In this document: one piece after another, positions 31,068-41,569 of the stretch | Layout: every line of letters begins with the position of its first letter | Position numbering within the stretch: position 1 is the stretch's first letter | Assembly: GCA_963765265.1 (NCBI GenBank) | Contig: CAVXVN010000013.1 | Span: 33,676 to 97,675, forward strand | Length of the DNA stretch: 64,000 nt | Direction: 5' to 3' | Source: an uncultured Bacillaceae bacterium | GTDB lineage: Bacteria > Bacillota > Bacilli > Bacillales > Cytobacillaceae | Translations under genes and position numbers: made by a program | The notes under the pieces: generated by a model | What the model was told of the DNA's origin: nothing | Database searches by the model: none | What the model saw: the letters and a program-made list of their open reading frames with translations, nothing else

Positions 31068-32828
31068 ATGGATAATAGGAATTATAGATGGAGCAACAAG
31101 CAAATAAGAAACCATGTAGAGGTACTTGATGGAGTCATAAATCCTCATATGATCCTAAAAAACGCGACCTATTTAAATGCCTATTTGCATCAATGGTTAG
31201 TTGCGAATATTTGGATATATGAGGATCGTATTGTTTATGTAGGAGAGAATCTTCCTGAAAACTCAAATGGATATGAGGTTATTGATTGTCAGGGTCAATA
31301 TTTAGTACCTGGATATATTGAGCCGCATGCGCACCCTGATCAGTTATACAACCCTCTTACATTAGCAAAACACGCGGGGAGGTTCGGCACAACGACTTTA
31401 ATTAGTGATAATTTATTTTTTTTCCTTAATCTCCCTACCAACGTAGCCTTTGAATTATTAAATGAATTTAATAACATTCCATCAAGCATGTACTGGTGGT
31501 GTCGTTTTGATGGTCAAACCGAGTGGTCGAATAATGATGATATTTTTAATGCTGAAGATGTTATTTCTTGGCTCCAACATGAATCTGTGCTGCAAGGAGG
31601 AGAGCTAACAGGGTGGCCGAAATTATTAAAAGGAGATAACAGAATGCTATCCTGGCTACAAGAGGCAAAGAAGCTACATAAAAAAGTAGAAGGGCATTTT
31701 CCAGGAGCTTCTGAACGTACTTTAGCAAAATTCATGTTAATGGGTACTGATTGTGATCATGAGGCCATGACTGGTCAGGAAGCACTTACACGTCTAAAGC
31801 AGGGCTATACAGTTTCTCTTAGACATTCGTCTATTCGACCTGATTTAGACATTCTTTTAAAAGAATTAATCGGGTTAGGTGTCCAAAAATTTGATCGATT
31901 TTTCTTTACCACTGACGGTTCACATCCTTCCTTTTATGAAAACGGAATGACGGATGAATTGATAAAAATAGCTATTCATCAGGGAATACCATTAATGGAT
32001 GCTTATCATATGGCAAGCTATAACATTGCCCGCTATTATAATATGGAACATTTACATGGATCCATTGCTACAGGGAGAATAGCGAATATAAATATTTTAG
32101 AGAGCCCACAAAACCCTACACCTATCAGTGTATTAGCAAAAGGAAAATGGATTAAGAGAGATGGAAAAGATAACGATGATTCATCCACCATCGATTGGAA
32201 CAAGTATCAAATATCCCCGCTCCATTTAAAATGGACCTTACAAGAAGATGATTTGAGCTTTTCAACCTCCATTGGCATTAACCTAATAAATAATGTCATT
32301 ACCAAACCGTATGAAAGTAGTATCGATTTAAGTAGTGATGAATTATCACTGGAACATGATGAATGTTTCCTTATGATGGTTGGGCGAGACGGATCTTGGA
32401 GAATAAATACAGTAGTGAAAGGGTTTGCTCAACATTTAGGTGGATTTGCAAGTTCTTATTCTGGTACAGGAGACATCTTAATCATAGGAAAAAGAAAAAC
32501 AGATATGCTCATTGCTTTTGAACGAATGCATGCAATAGGTGGTGGGATGGTTTTGGCGGAAGAAAATCATATCCTACACGAAATTCCATTACCTTTAACG
32601 GGAATCATGTCTGATCTAGAAATGGGCTTTTTGATTAAAGATGAGAAAAAAATGAAAGAGTTACTAAAAGAAAGAGGCTATAAATTTAACGACCCTGCCT
32701 TCACCTTATTATTCTTTTCTGCTACTCATTTACCATTTATTAGATTAACTCCAAGTGGTTTATATGATGTGAAAAATGGGAAGGTTTTAGTTTCTCCAAC
32801 AAAAAGGGAAAATTATCAGATGCAATAG
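31068..32828 (+). CDS. Adenine deaminase-family amidohydrolase (YerA-like)
   Basis: PGYIEPHAHP, EGHFPG, CDHE, TTDG; likely start ATG 31068 after GGGGG. Confidence 0.85.
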   Translation: MDNRNYRWSNKQIRNHVEVLDGVINPHMILKNATYLNAYLHQWLVANIWIYEDRIVYVGENLPENSNGYEVIDCQGQYLVPGYIEPHAHPDQLYNPLTLAKHAGRFGTTTLISDNLFFFLNLPTNVAFELLNEFNNIPSSMYWWCRFDGQTEWSNNDDIFNAEDVISWLQHESVLQGGELTGWPKLLKGDNRMLSWLQEAKKLHKKVEGHFPGASERTLAKFMLMGTDCDHEAMTGQEALTRLKQGYTVSLRHSSIRPDLDILLKELIGLGVQKFDRFFFTTDGSHPSFYENGMTDELIKIAIHQGIPLMDAYHMASYNIARYYNMEHLHGSIATGRIANINILESPQNPTPISVLAKGKWIKRDGKDNDDSSTIDWNKYQISPLHLKWTLQEDDLSFSTSIGINLINNVITKPYESSIDLSSDELSLEHDECFLMMVGRDGSWRINTVVKGFAQHLGGFASSYSGTGDILIIGKRKTDMLIAFERMHAIGGGMVLAEENHILHEIPLPLTGIMSDLEMGFLIKDEKKMKELLKERGYKFNDPAFTLLFFSATHLPFIRLTPSGLYDVKNGKVLVSPTKRENYQMQ

Positions 32829-32938
32829 GACTTCATTCTTTCATCCCATGATTAACAGTAGGGGCTGAACTTGATGAACAAGATTAAGTAGTGTGACTAG
32901 GGAAATCATTGGGAGAGGTTCCCTATTTTATTTTACCA

Positions 32939-33042
32939 TTCGCAGTTTTGATTCGTGACGGTGCGAAGGAATATCAAATTTGCGAAAAATATGCTAAATG
33001 AAGCCTTATATCTACAGTAAGAAAGATGGTACATAACTTGCT
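32939..33042 (+). promoter_or_regulatory. sigma54 promoter P6 (MFS) with tripartite enhancer
   Basis: TGGTACATAACTTGCT 33027-33042; enhancer 32939-32985. Confidence 0.8.
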
Positions 33043-33156
33043 AAACTAATAGACAAAGGAAAAAACGGAAATGTTTATTATTCATAGAATGAGCAAGGAT
33101 TCTTTTTTAAGACATGCTTTGGGAGCTTTCACTTAGATGAACTACTTTCCCATTTA

Positions 33157-33200
33157 TATAAGGGTGCATTTTTATTTTTATAAAGGTGCATTTTTATTTT
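33157..33200 (+). repeat. 22-bp tandem duplication in the MFS leader
   Basis: TATAAGGGTGCATTTTTATTTT / TATAAAGGTGCATTTTTATTTT. Confidence 0.8.
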
Positions 33201-33257
33201 ATATAGATTTTTTAAGAGCTTATTTATATGCTCTAAATAAAAAATAGGGGGAAAAAT

Positions 33258-34610
33258 ATGCGTTCAATTAATATCAGCCGTACCGTTGATGAAACAAAAT
33301 TTAACCGTTTTCATGGTCTCGTTTTATTCTTGTGTGCCTTTATCATTGTCTGTGATGGGTTTGACTTAGTGGTTTATGGATCTGTTGTATCTGTACTGAT
33401 GGAAGATTGGCAATTAACAGCGGTTCAAGCAGGCACTTTAGGGAGCTATGCTCTTATAGGTATGATGTTCGGTGCTTTTATTTTTGCACCACTTGCGGAT
33501 AAGATTGGGCGCAAGAAAGTGATAATCTTATGTGTGTTACTATTTAGCCTATTTACTGGTTTAATTGGTTTTGCCAAAAGCCCTACCGAATTCGGCATTT
33601 ATCGTTTTATATCAGGTTTAGGATTAGGAGGGGTTCTACCAATTACAGTAGCATTAATGACCGAATTTGCCCCGAAACCTCTCAGAAATCGATTAGTTAC
33701 TATTATGATGTGCGGTTATTCTGTAGGTGGAATGTTAGCAGCAGCGCTGGGAATCTTCCTCATCCCTAAGTTTGGTTGGGAGTCCGTCTTTTTTGTAGGC
33801 GCTTTTCCTTTACTCACCTTACCAATTATTATCAAATTGCTTCCGGAGTCTCTAGGATTTCTTGTAGCTAGAAATAAACAAAAGGAGATTGGTCGATTGT
33901 TATCAAAAATTGATCCATCTTACACACCTCAGAAAAACGATTATTATGAAATCGTTATTCCTCCAAAAACGGGCATTACAGTAGCAAAATTATTTGGAGA
34001 TGGCCGGGCTTTAAGCACCTTGTTATTTTGGGTATCGTTTTTCATGTGTTTATTAATGGTCTATGGATTAAATACATGGCTGCCAAAATTAATGGTTCAA
34101 GCAGGCTATGCCCTAGGTTCTAGTTTAACGTTCCTCTTAGTGTTAAATGCAGGAGCCATATTCGGATCGCTTATTGGTGGATGGGCGGCAGACCGTTGGA
34201 GTACGAAAAAAGTTGTGATCTCCTACTTTATTCTGGGTGTAATCGCGTTATCATTACTCGGAACTCACCCAAATATATTTGTTCTCTATACTCTTGTTGC
34301 AATTGCAGGGGCTACCACAATTGGAACACAAATTATTCTATATTCTTATGTTTCTCAATATTATCCGATCCAAATTCGTTCAACAGGACTCGGATGGGCT
34401 TCTGGGATTGGTCGAATAGGCGGTATTGTAGGTCCAATAATGGGTGGGTTTCTTCTAAGCGCTCAATTACCATTACAACTAAATTTTATGGCTTTCGCTA
34501 TCCCAGGAATTCTTGCAGCTATTGCTATCGCTGTTGTACGGGAAAAAAGGAGCTCTTTGTCATTGACAGAAGTTTATATAGAAAGATCCCAATCATCTGA
34601 GAAGTTGTAG
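33258..34610 (+). CDS. Aromatic acid:H+ symporter family MFS (BenK/PcaK-like)
   Basis: DGFD in TM1, LADKIGRK, RFISGLGLGG, YPIQIRSTGLGWASGIGR. Confidence 0.9.
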   Translation: MRSINISRTVDETKFNRFHGLVLFLCAFIIVCDGFDLVVYGSVVSVLMEDWQLTAVQAGTLGSYALIGMMFGAFIFAPLADKIGRKKVIILCVLLFSLFTGLIGFAKSPTEFGIYRFISGLGLGGVLPITVALMTEFAPKPLRNRLVTIMMCGYSVGGMLAAALGIFLIPKFGWESVFFVGAFPLLTLPIIIKLLPESLGFLVARNKQKEIGRLLSKIDPSYTPQKNDYYEIVIPPKTGITVAKLFGDGRALSTLLFWVSFFMCLLMVYGLNTWLPKLMVQAGYALGSSLTFLLVLNAGAIFGSLIGGWAADRWSTKKVVISYFILGVIALSLLGTHPNIFVLYTLVAIAGATTIGTQIILYSYVSQYYPIQIRSTGLGWASGIGRIGGIVGPIMGGFLLSAQLPLQLNFMAFAIPGILAAIAIAVVREKRSSLSLTEVYIERSQSSEKL

Positions 34611-34654
34611 AAAAGTAAATTCAAAGTGAACCGCTAAAAGAACAATACTTATTT

Positions 34655-34694
34655 GAGTCACTCCCAAAAGTTAAGCTTTTGGGAGTGACTCATT
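34655..34694 (+). terminator. Hairpin/terminator after MFS
   Basis: GAGTCACTCCCAAAAG-TTAAG-CTTTTGGGAGTGACTC. Confidence 0.7.
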
Positions 34695-34880
34695 TAATGG
34701 ATAAACCAACTTGTGGAACATCTTCCTCTTTTCTCAATTGTCGACAGGGCCCAACAATTATTAACAATTAGGGTAAGAAATCTAATAAAACTCTATATTA
34801 AATGTAGAAAATAGGATATAATAAATACATATATTAATTATTCTGATAATTTAAAAAAATTAAAATGATGGGTGAATAAT

Positions 34881-36198
34881 ATGCAATTAGGAATGGAATT
34901 AAAACAAACACAGACATTAAAGGTTACATTGACAGCCTCAAATGCTCCAATCCATTAATATGTTACAATATTCATCATATGAATTAATGGAATTTATACA
35001 ACAACAAACAGTAGAAAACCCTTTATTGGTCCTAAAGGAAAAATCCAGTCATGATTTTATCGTGGGTAAAGAAAGATCATCATTTAGTTCCTACAATAGG
35101 GAACAGGAATATGATCCTATTACACAATACTCTGATACTCATGTATCACTAGAAAGGCATTTAATGGAACAAATCATGACCTTACCCGAAATTACCTCTA
35201 AGGAGATCAAAATTTTTAAATTTTTAATTGGGGATTTAAATCGATATGGATTTTTAGAAATAGAACCGGCCATGGCTGCAAAAATTATGTCTGTTTCATT
35301 GCAGGAAATGGAGAATGCCATTTCGATTTTGCAATCACTTGATCCTGTTGGTGTTGGGGCAAGAAATATCAGGGAAAGTTTACTTATCCAAATGCGTGTG
35401 CAAACAGATTATAATCCACTTGCGTATGTGATGGTTGAAAAACATTTGGAGGATATTGCTGAAAAGAAATTTCGGAAAATTGCAAAAACATGTAATGTAA
35501 CTTTACAGGAAGTTCAGGAGGCAACTGATTATATTAAGACATTAAATCCACGGCCATGTAGCGAATTCAGACATGAGATGACACAATATATTGTTCCTGA
35601 CGTTATGGTTGAAAAAGTAAATGGGGAATATATTATTATCGTAAATGATCGAAACATGCCACAGCTTGATATTAATCCAGCTTATAAAAATAACGAAATG
35701 GATTCAAATGATGATTATGTTAAAAAGAAATTACAAGATGCAACAATGTTAATGAATGGAATGGAGCAGAGAAAGTATACTCTTTATAAGGTCACACAAG
35801 TAATTTTAAAATTACAAGAGGACTTTTTTAACTATGGTGGGACAAAATTAAAACCTATGACTTTAAAGGATGTGTCCAAACAACTCGGTTTCCATGAGTC
35901 AACGATCAGCCGTGCGACAAGTAATAAATATATGCAAACTCCGCACGGACTCTATCATATAAAAAACTTGTTTACGACTGGGATTAGAAATAATAATAGT
36001 GTTGAAGCGGAGTCGTCTAGTTCAATAAAAGAAAAAATCAAAATGTTTATTGATAAGGAAGATAAAGAAAATCCAATATCAGATCAAATAATTGTCACAT
36101 TATTACAAAAGGATGGAATTCAAATTTCCCGTCGTACGGTTGCGAAATATCGGGAAGAAGCAAGAATACCGGGATCTTCAAAAAGAAGAAGATATTAA
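34881..36198 (+). CDS. rpoN: RNA polymerase sigma54 (SigL/RpoN); Region I interrupted by a +1 frameshift near 34935
   Basis: LDPVGVGAR, HESTISRATSNKY, RpoN box SRRTVAKYRE; ATG 34881 (MQLGMELKQTQTLKVTLT) joins PQMLQSI if one G is removed. Confidence 0.9.
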
Positions 36199-36257
36199 TA
36201 AGGAATCTTTCATGAGTTGAACCATTAATTCTAGGAGCAGTAATATCCAATACTGCT

Positions 36258-36292
36258 AACCGAACAGTCGCTGTTACTGTTCGGTTTTTTTG
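36258..36292 (+). terminator. Intrinsic terminator after rpoN
   Basis: AACCGAACAG-TCGCTGTTA-CTGTTCGGTT + T run. Confidence 0.8.
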
Positions 36293-36665
36293 TAGGTGTA
36301 TTAGCTAAATCTGTCGTTTTTTGTCGATGGCCATATATCCAACTAATTAAATCGACATAGGCATTCTTTTCTATAGACTAAAACATCTCATGCTTGAATG
36401 TACTGTTAACCTTTCCCTACTTGGCAGCCTTCAATTAATTGTGCTAGTATCAATATCGGTACTGTATGGCATGTTTAAAAAGAACGATCTGGATAAATGA
36501 AGTCTAGCAGATTTGTAGAGAATGAATATGTTTTACGGTCTTAATGAAGAAGACCGTATTAAAAGTAAAAGGAACAACTCCACCCCATGAGTACGGGAAA
36601 TTCCCTATCGATTGATATAGACTAAGATGAGTTATTGATCTTGGATAGAACAAGGAAGAGGCGTT

Positions 36666-37391
36666 ATGGTAACAATTATTATTCCAGTATTAAATGAAGA
36701 AAAGACAATCACCCAAACCTTACAGAATGTTAGCAGACTAGTTGGTGAAAAGGAAATCATTGTTGTTGATGGCGGAAGCACGGATAAAACGGTTGAATTA
36801 GCGCGTACATATGCCCGTGTCATTCAAAGTGAAAAAGGAAGGGCTAAACAAATGAATGCGGGTGCTAAGGTCGCTAACGATAATGTTCTTTGGTTTATTC
36901 AATCAGACTCGGTGCATGAACCAAATAGCTTAGAAGAGATTGAAAAAGCAATAGAGGAAGGGTATATAGGGGGATTTTTCCAACTTTATTTCTACGATTT
37001 AAAGACAAAAATGATGAAATTTATCGCAACTACTTCCAATTGGAGAGCTCGTTATTTGAAGTTAATCTTTGGCGATCAAGGGATCTTTATGAGAAAAGAT
37101 ATTTTTGAAACCATTGGAGGATATAAGAGTATGGATCTGATGGAGGATTGGGATTTATCCCAACGAATTCATAAAGTAGGAAAAATGAAAAAAGTAAAAA
37201 GTAAAATTGGCACTTCAGCACGAAGATTTGAACAAGGCGGTCCTTTAAGGACTTTACTGAAACTGCATCGAATTAAAGAGTGTTATATTTGTTCGGGATA
37301 TTTAGTAAAGTACGATATGAATGAGTATCATTATAGAGTTATAAGCAAGAAAAAACCTCCTTGTCTTCGTTTGACAATTTTAGGTGACTAA
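36666..37391 (+). CDS. Family 2 glycosyltransferase (TIGR04283-like); C-terminus possibly frameshifted
   Basis: IIIPVLNEE, VVDGGSTD, GRAKQMNAGA, FGDQGIF, LMED, TSARRF. Confidence 0.75.
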   Translation: MVTIIIPVLNEEKTITQTLQNVSRLVGEKEIIVVDGGSTDKTVELARTYARVIQSEKGRAKQMNAGAKVANDNVLWFIQSDSVHEPNSLEEIEKAIEEGYIGGFFQLYFYDLKTKMMKFIATTSNWRARYLKLIFGDQGIFMRKDIFETIGGYKSMDLMEDWDLSQRIHKVGKMKKVKSKIGTSARRFEQGGPLRTLLKLHRIKECYICSGYLVKYDMNEYHYRVISKKKPPCLRLTILGD

Positions 37392-37867
37392 ATATAGTGC
37401 GATACTGTTAAAGATTGTACTTAACTAGTAGATTTGTTAAAGAAATTAAATTTACGCTCTTATTCATTCAGATGTATTGAATCTGTTTCTGGAAAGGGAA
37501 GATTACAATAAATGGATATCAATAAAATATATATTCCAAAGGCTATGAAACACTGATGAATCTTAAATATAAGATTTATCAGTGTTTTTTTATTTATTAA
37601 ATGAATAGCTATCAAAGTGAAATTTAAACTTTTTTCGCATAAATCAAATGTTAATATTTTGTGAATGATGGTTGATATTCTATTGATTTTTAAAACCGAA
37701 GAACGTTGCTACAATGGGATTCTTAATATTGTTATTTAAAAAATAGATTCGTTTTAATTCTATTTATCGATAAAACAAATTTATATTAGAATAATATCTG
37801 GTTATACTTTAATAGTATAAGAAATACATAATTTAAAGAATTAGATTGGTTGAAGGGAATGAAAAAT

Positions 37868-38107
37868 ATGGGGCAGCAATATATACCAGTTATGACATAT
37901 GATGCGGGTCCAACCGGTTGCGGTGAGTTAATCATGAATTTGTTTCTAACCATGAAAAAGATGAATAGTGGAGAAATTATTGAGGTTATTTCTTATGATC
38001 CAGGTGCACGTGAGGATATTCCGGCGTGGTGTCGATTACAAAACCATCAGCTATTGCAACGAGATGATGATGGAAACACTAGTCATTATTTTATTAAAAA
38101 AGGCTAA
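37868..38107 (+). CDS. TusA/SirA-fold sulfur carrier
   Basis: DAGPTGCGEL, GEIIEVISYDPGAREDIPAWC, FIKK. Confidence 0.8.
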   Translation: MGQQYIPVMTYDAGPTGCGELIMNLFLTMKKMNSGEIIEVISYDPGAREDIPAWCRLQNHQLLQRDDDGNTSHYFIKKG

Positions 38108-38151
38108 TTTAGCTTTTTACATATTAAAGGAATTATTAGGAGGAAATAAAA

Positions 38152-38514
38152 ATGGCAGGAAAATTTTTAGTAAGTTTAACAAATGCAAAAAACGATCCCG
38201 ATAAAGCGACGGTTGGTTTTGTTGTGGCAAATGCAGCTGTTGCATCAGGTCAAGAAACAGTTATCTTTTTAAATGTTGAAGGAGCGTACCTAGCATCTAA
38301 AGGCTATGCAGATGATATACACGAAGAAGGATTTGCTCCATTAAAACAACTTATGGACCAATTTATCGAAGCTGGTGGAACTCTTTGGGTGTGCAGTCCA
38401 TGTTTCAAAAAACGTAATTTAAGCGAAGAGGATTTAATTGAAGGCGCTACTATTGTTGGTGGAGCCAAAGTTGTTGAATTTTTAAGTCAAGGCGCTGCTT
38501 CTATTACTTATTAA
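38152..38514 (+). CDS. DsrE/DsrF-like protein
   Basis: VIFLNVEGAYL, GGTLWVCSPCFKKR. Confidence 0.82.
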   Translation: MAGKFLVSLTNAKNDPDKATVGFVVANAAVASGQETVIFLNVEGAYLASKGYADDIHEEGFAPLKQLMDQFIEAGGTLWVCSPCFKKRNLSEEDLIEGATIVGGAKVVEFLSQGAASITY

Positions 38515-38695
38515 GAGAGTTCTTTTATGGATTCAATAAACCATTTAATTTTATTAGTATAATAATCTAGGCCATTTACTCCCCTTTGTTAGAAGGGGAG
38601 TAAAAAATCAACTAGTTAAGCCTCCGGACGCAAATTCGGTGGTCAAATTTGATTTTGGTAAGTGAAAAGTTTAACAATATGAAAAAGGTGATTTT

Positions 38696-39406
38696 ATGGA
38701 GAATCCAAAAGCAATTTGTGATGGTGGAGATTTAGATTGTGGTTCAGGTCTATTGTTAATCATCAAAAAGGCAATGGATCCCTTATTAGATGGTGAAATA
38801 TTAGAAGTTCGCAGCCGTGAGCGGTCGGTTGTTGAGGATTTACCGGCTTGGTGCAGAATGGTAGATCACGAGTTTCTTGGTTCAGAACCAGGGGACAATA
38901 CGACTAGATATTTTATGCGAAAAGGTTCTCAACAGGATTTAACAGATGAACTAGAAGCGGCGAAAGGGTATAAATGGAATGTTCGGGTTCAGGCTGAAAG
39001 CGCTTTAACTGCAAAAGTTCATTCTCGAAATCATACCTTTGTGGTTGGACAACCGGCTGATTTCAGTCCTAAAGTTGATGCTCCTAGTGCAATCGATTAC
39101 TTACTTGGGGCTCTTGCTTCAGATTTGACGGTTGGCTTCAAGGCACAGGCGTCTAGAAGAAATATTGAAATTGACCAATTAGAAGTATCCTTAAAAGCTG
39201 GATTGGAAAATGTTTTATTTCATCTTGAATTGGAAGATGAGGGCAGTCCGCGAATACAAGAGATTAAAGGCACCTTCTATGTTTCCTCGCCACAGTCGGA
39301 AGAACCCTTAGAAAAGCTGTGGGAAAATATGCTTGAACGGTCCCCTATTTATCAAACGCTAAAACAAACGATTACAATCGATATACAATTTTCGATTGTA
39401 TATTGA
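38696..39406 (+). CDS. TusA-OsmC fusion protein
   Basis: N-terminal DGGDLDCGSG..DLPAWC (TusA); C-terminal OsmC fold with Asp/Ser at the two Cys positions (LGALASDL, RSPI). Confidence 0.75.
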   Translation: MENPKAICDGGDLDCGSGLLLIIKKAMDPLLDGEILEVRSRERSVVEDLPAWCRMVDHEFLGSEPGDNTTRYFMRKGSQQDLTDELEAAKGYKWNVRVQAESALTAKVHSRNHTFVVGQPADFSPKVDAPSAIDYLLGALASDLTVGFKAQASRRNIEIDQLEVSLKAGLENVLFHLELEDEGSPRIQEIKGTFYVSSPQSEEPLEKLWENMLERSPIYQTLKQTITIDIQFSIVY

Positions 39407-39419
39407 GGAGGTTATTAAA

Positions 39420-40589
39420 ATGACGTTACCAACATTTCCTACGACTGTCATTGGCAGTTGGCCACGCTCGAAAGAAGTACAAAGAGCCATGCGTGATAAG
39501 CGTGCGGGTCGACTAAGTGAAGAAGAATTTCAAGTTGTTGCAAATCAGGCCGTTTTACAATGCTTGAAATGGCAAGAAGAAGCAGGCATCGATATTGTTT
39601 GCGATGGTGAACAGCGTCGAGATAATTATATATCCTTTGTAGCCGAACATTTGAATAATGTTCGTATGCTAAGTGTTTCTGAGTTACTGGATTACGTAGA
39701 AGATAAATCAAGTTTTGAAGAAATTTTAGGAACATTAGATGTTCCCGCTTTTTCGATGTATAACCCTGCAGCGACTGGCAAGATTAGTCGCAAAAAACCT
39801 CTTGCATTAAATGATTTTTTATTTTTAAAACAACATACGGACAAAGCGGTTAAGGTGACTTTACCTGGACCTTATCTGTTAACAAGATCGATGTGGGTAG
39901 AAGGACTATCGAGTGATGCTTATCCAACAAAAGAGGATTTGTCTATAGATATTGTAAAAGTATTACGCGAAGAATTAGAGGATCTTATTGCAGCAGGAGT
40001 TGAATTTGTCCAATTTGATGAGCCTGTCTTAACAGAAGTAGTGTTCACGAAAAAGAATGCAAACCGAACCTTCATGTGCGGGGCACTAACTGCAAAAGCG
40101 GACGCAGAAGAAGAATTAGCATTTGCCTTAAGCTTAATTAATAAAGTGACAGATGAAATGCTAGGTAGAGGAACAACCATTGGCGTTCATATTTGCCGCG
40201 GGAATTGGAGTACAGATGATGACATTTTGCTACGTGGTCCGTATTTTCCATTAATTCCTTATCTTGAAGGAGCAAATGTTGATCAATTGGCTCTTGAATA
40301 TGCGACACCTCGAGCAGGTGAACTGGATGCCATTCGTAACATTGGAGGCAAGTCACTCGGATTTGGGGTCATTAATCCTAGAACGGTTAATGTTGAATCT
40401 GTAGACGATATTGTTGCACGTGTAGAAGAAGTAAGAGCATTCTTACCTGATGAAAAAATCTTATTAAATCCAGATTGTGGTTTTGGTACCTTTGCACAGC
40501 GTCCAATGAATAGTGATGAAATTGCATTTGAAAAATTAAAAGTTATGGTAGAAGCCGCAAAAAAACTTCGAGAAATGGTAAGAATTTGA
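39420..40589 (+). CDS. Single-barrel cobalamin-independent methionine synthase-like Zn protein (MetE C-terminal family)
   Basis: TTVIGSWPR, DGEQRR, QFDEP, HICRGN, LEY, NPDCGF (His/Cys/Glu/Cys Zn ligands). Confidence 0.88.
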   Translation: MTLPTFPTTVIGSWPRSKEVQRAMRDKRAGRLSEEEFQVVANQAVLQCLKWQEEAGIDIVCDGEQRRDNYISFVAEHLNNVRMLSVSELLDYVEDKSSFEEILGTLDVPAFSMYNPAATGKISRKKPLALNDFLFLKQHTDKAVKVTLPGPYLLTRSMWVEGLSSDAYPTKEDLSIDIVKVLREELEDLIAAGVEFVQFDEPVLTEVVFTKKNANRTFMCGALTAKADAEEELAFALSLINKVTDEMLGRGTTIGVHICRGNWSTDDDILLRGPYFPLIPYLEGANVDQLALEYATPRAGELDAIRNIGGKSLGFGVINPRTVNVESVDDIVARVEEVRAFLPDEKILLNPDCGFGTFAQRPMNSDEIAFEKLKVMVEAAKKLREMVRI

Positions 40590-40611
40590 TTGATTATGGA
40601 GGAATGAAAAA

Positions 40612-41070
40612 ATGGGACAACAAATAACAGTAAAAATACAAGGAATTGGAAATGGAATGAGAACAGATTCAGTGGCAGGTAAGCATAAAATTGCCATTGA
40701 TGAACCAGTTGCAATGGGCGGACAAGATTCTGCCATTGATCCGCTTTCAACCTTTTTAGCATCACTTATTGGCTGTGAAAACGTAATGGCACAAATCATT
40801 GCGAAAGAAATGAATTTTGACCTTCAAGGAATCTCATTTGAAGTGGAAGGTGATCTTGATACGAGTGGTTTAATGGGGAATTTAGAAGTAAAACCATATT
40901 TCCAAAAAGTTATGATTAAAGCGGTTGTTGAAACTTCTGAGACACAAGACAGAATAAATGAAATGCAAGCTGCCGTTGATTTACGATGTCCGGTCTTTAG
41001 AACCATTAAAGATGCTGGAATTCCTGTTGAAAATCAATGGGTAAAAGCAACTGAAAAAGTAACTGCTTAA
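40612..41070 (+). CDS. OsmC/Ohr-family protein
   Basis: DEP...GG.D..DPL..FLASLIGC and RCPV (both Cys intact). Confidence 0.85.
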   Translation: MGQQITVKIQGIGNGMRTDSVAGKHKIAIDEPVAMGGQDSAIDPLSTFLASLIGCENVMAQIIAKEMNFDLQGISFEVEGDLDTSGLMGNLEVKPYFQKVMIKAVVETSETQDRINEMQAAVDLRCPVFRTIKDAGIPVENQWVKATEKVTA

Positions 41071-41246
41071 ATGTGATTAAGCCGGATCTTGATGGTTATC
41101 AATAGGGGTCCGGTACTTTACGTTGAGTAATTCATTTATAGTATATTTTAGTAATAGATTGAGGCCTTCCTAGTAATATTAAGGCCTATTTGTCGATTTT
41201 ACTGTTTTAAGTTTAAAAAATGAATAGAGCCTGAGGTGCAGAAGAA

Positions 41247-41565
41247 ATGAATCATTTAGAGAAACACTTTCAATTCTTTAGAAAAAATATTATTGGAAAT
41301 GAACAATTTTTTCACACGCCTTATGGTAAGAAAAAAATTCTTTCCGCAGACTGGGCAGCTAGCGGAAGGCTATACATGCCAATCGAAGAAAAAATACTTG
41401 ATCAATTTGGTCCATATGTTGCAAATACCCATACAGAAACGAATATCACCGGTAAAAGTATGACGTGGGCTTATCGTGAAGCCAAGAATATCATAAAAAA
41501 ACATGTACACGCGAATGAAAACGATATTCTTCTCTTTGAAGGATCAGGAATGACTGGGGCAATTT
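41247..41565 (+). pseudogene. N-terminal fragment of a class-V aminotransferase/cysteine desulfurase-like gene
   Basis: ADWAASGRLY, VANTHTE, GSGMTGAI, then an abrupt switch to unrelated sequence. Confidence 0.75.
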
Positions 41566-41569
41566 ATCA

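Noticed and set aside
33157-33200. 22-bp tandem repeat as a regulatory array
   Set aside because: Only two AT-rich copies; replication slippage suffices
37741-37774. Palindromes AAATAGA-N11-TCTATTT and TTTATCGATAAA upstream of the TusA cluster as operators
   Set aside because: Very AT-rich context makes chance palindromes likely, and no cognate regulator is nearby
39420-40589. Canonical MetE
   Set aside because: Only about 390 aa with a single barrel, lacking the N-terminal folate-binding half, so no gene symbol was assigned
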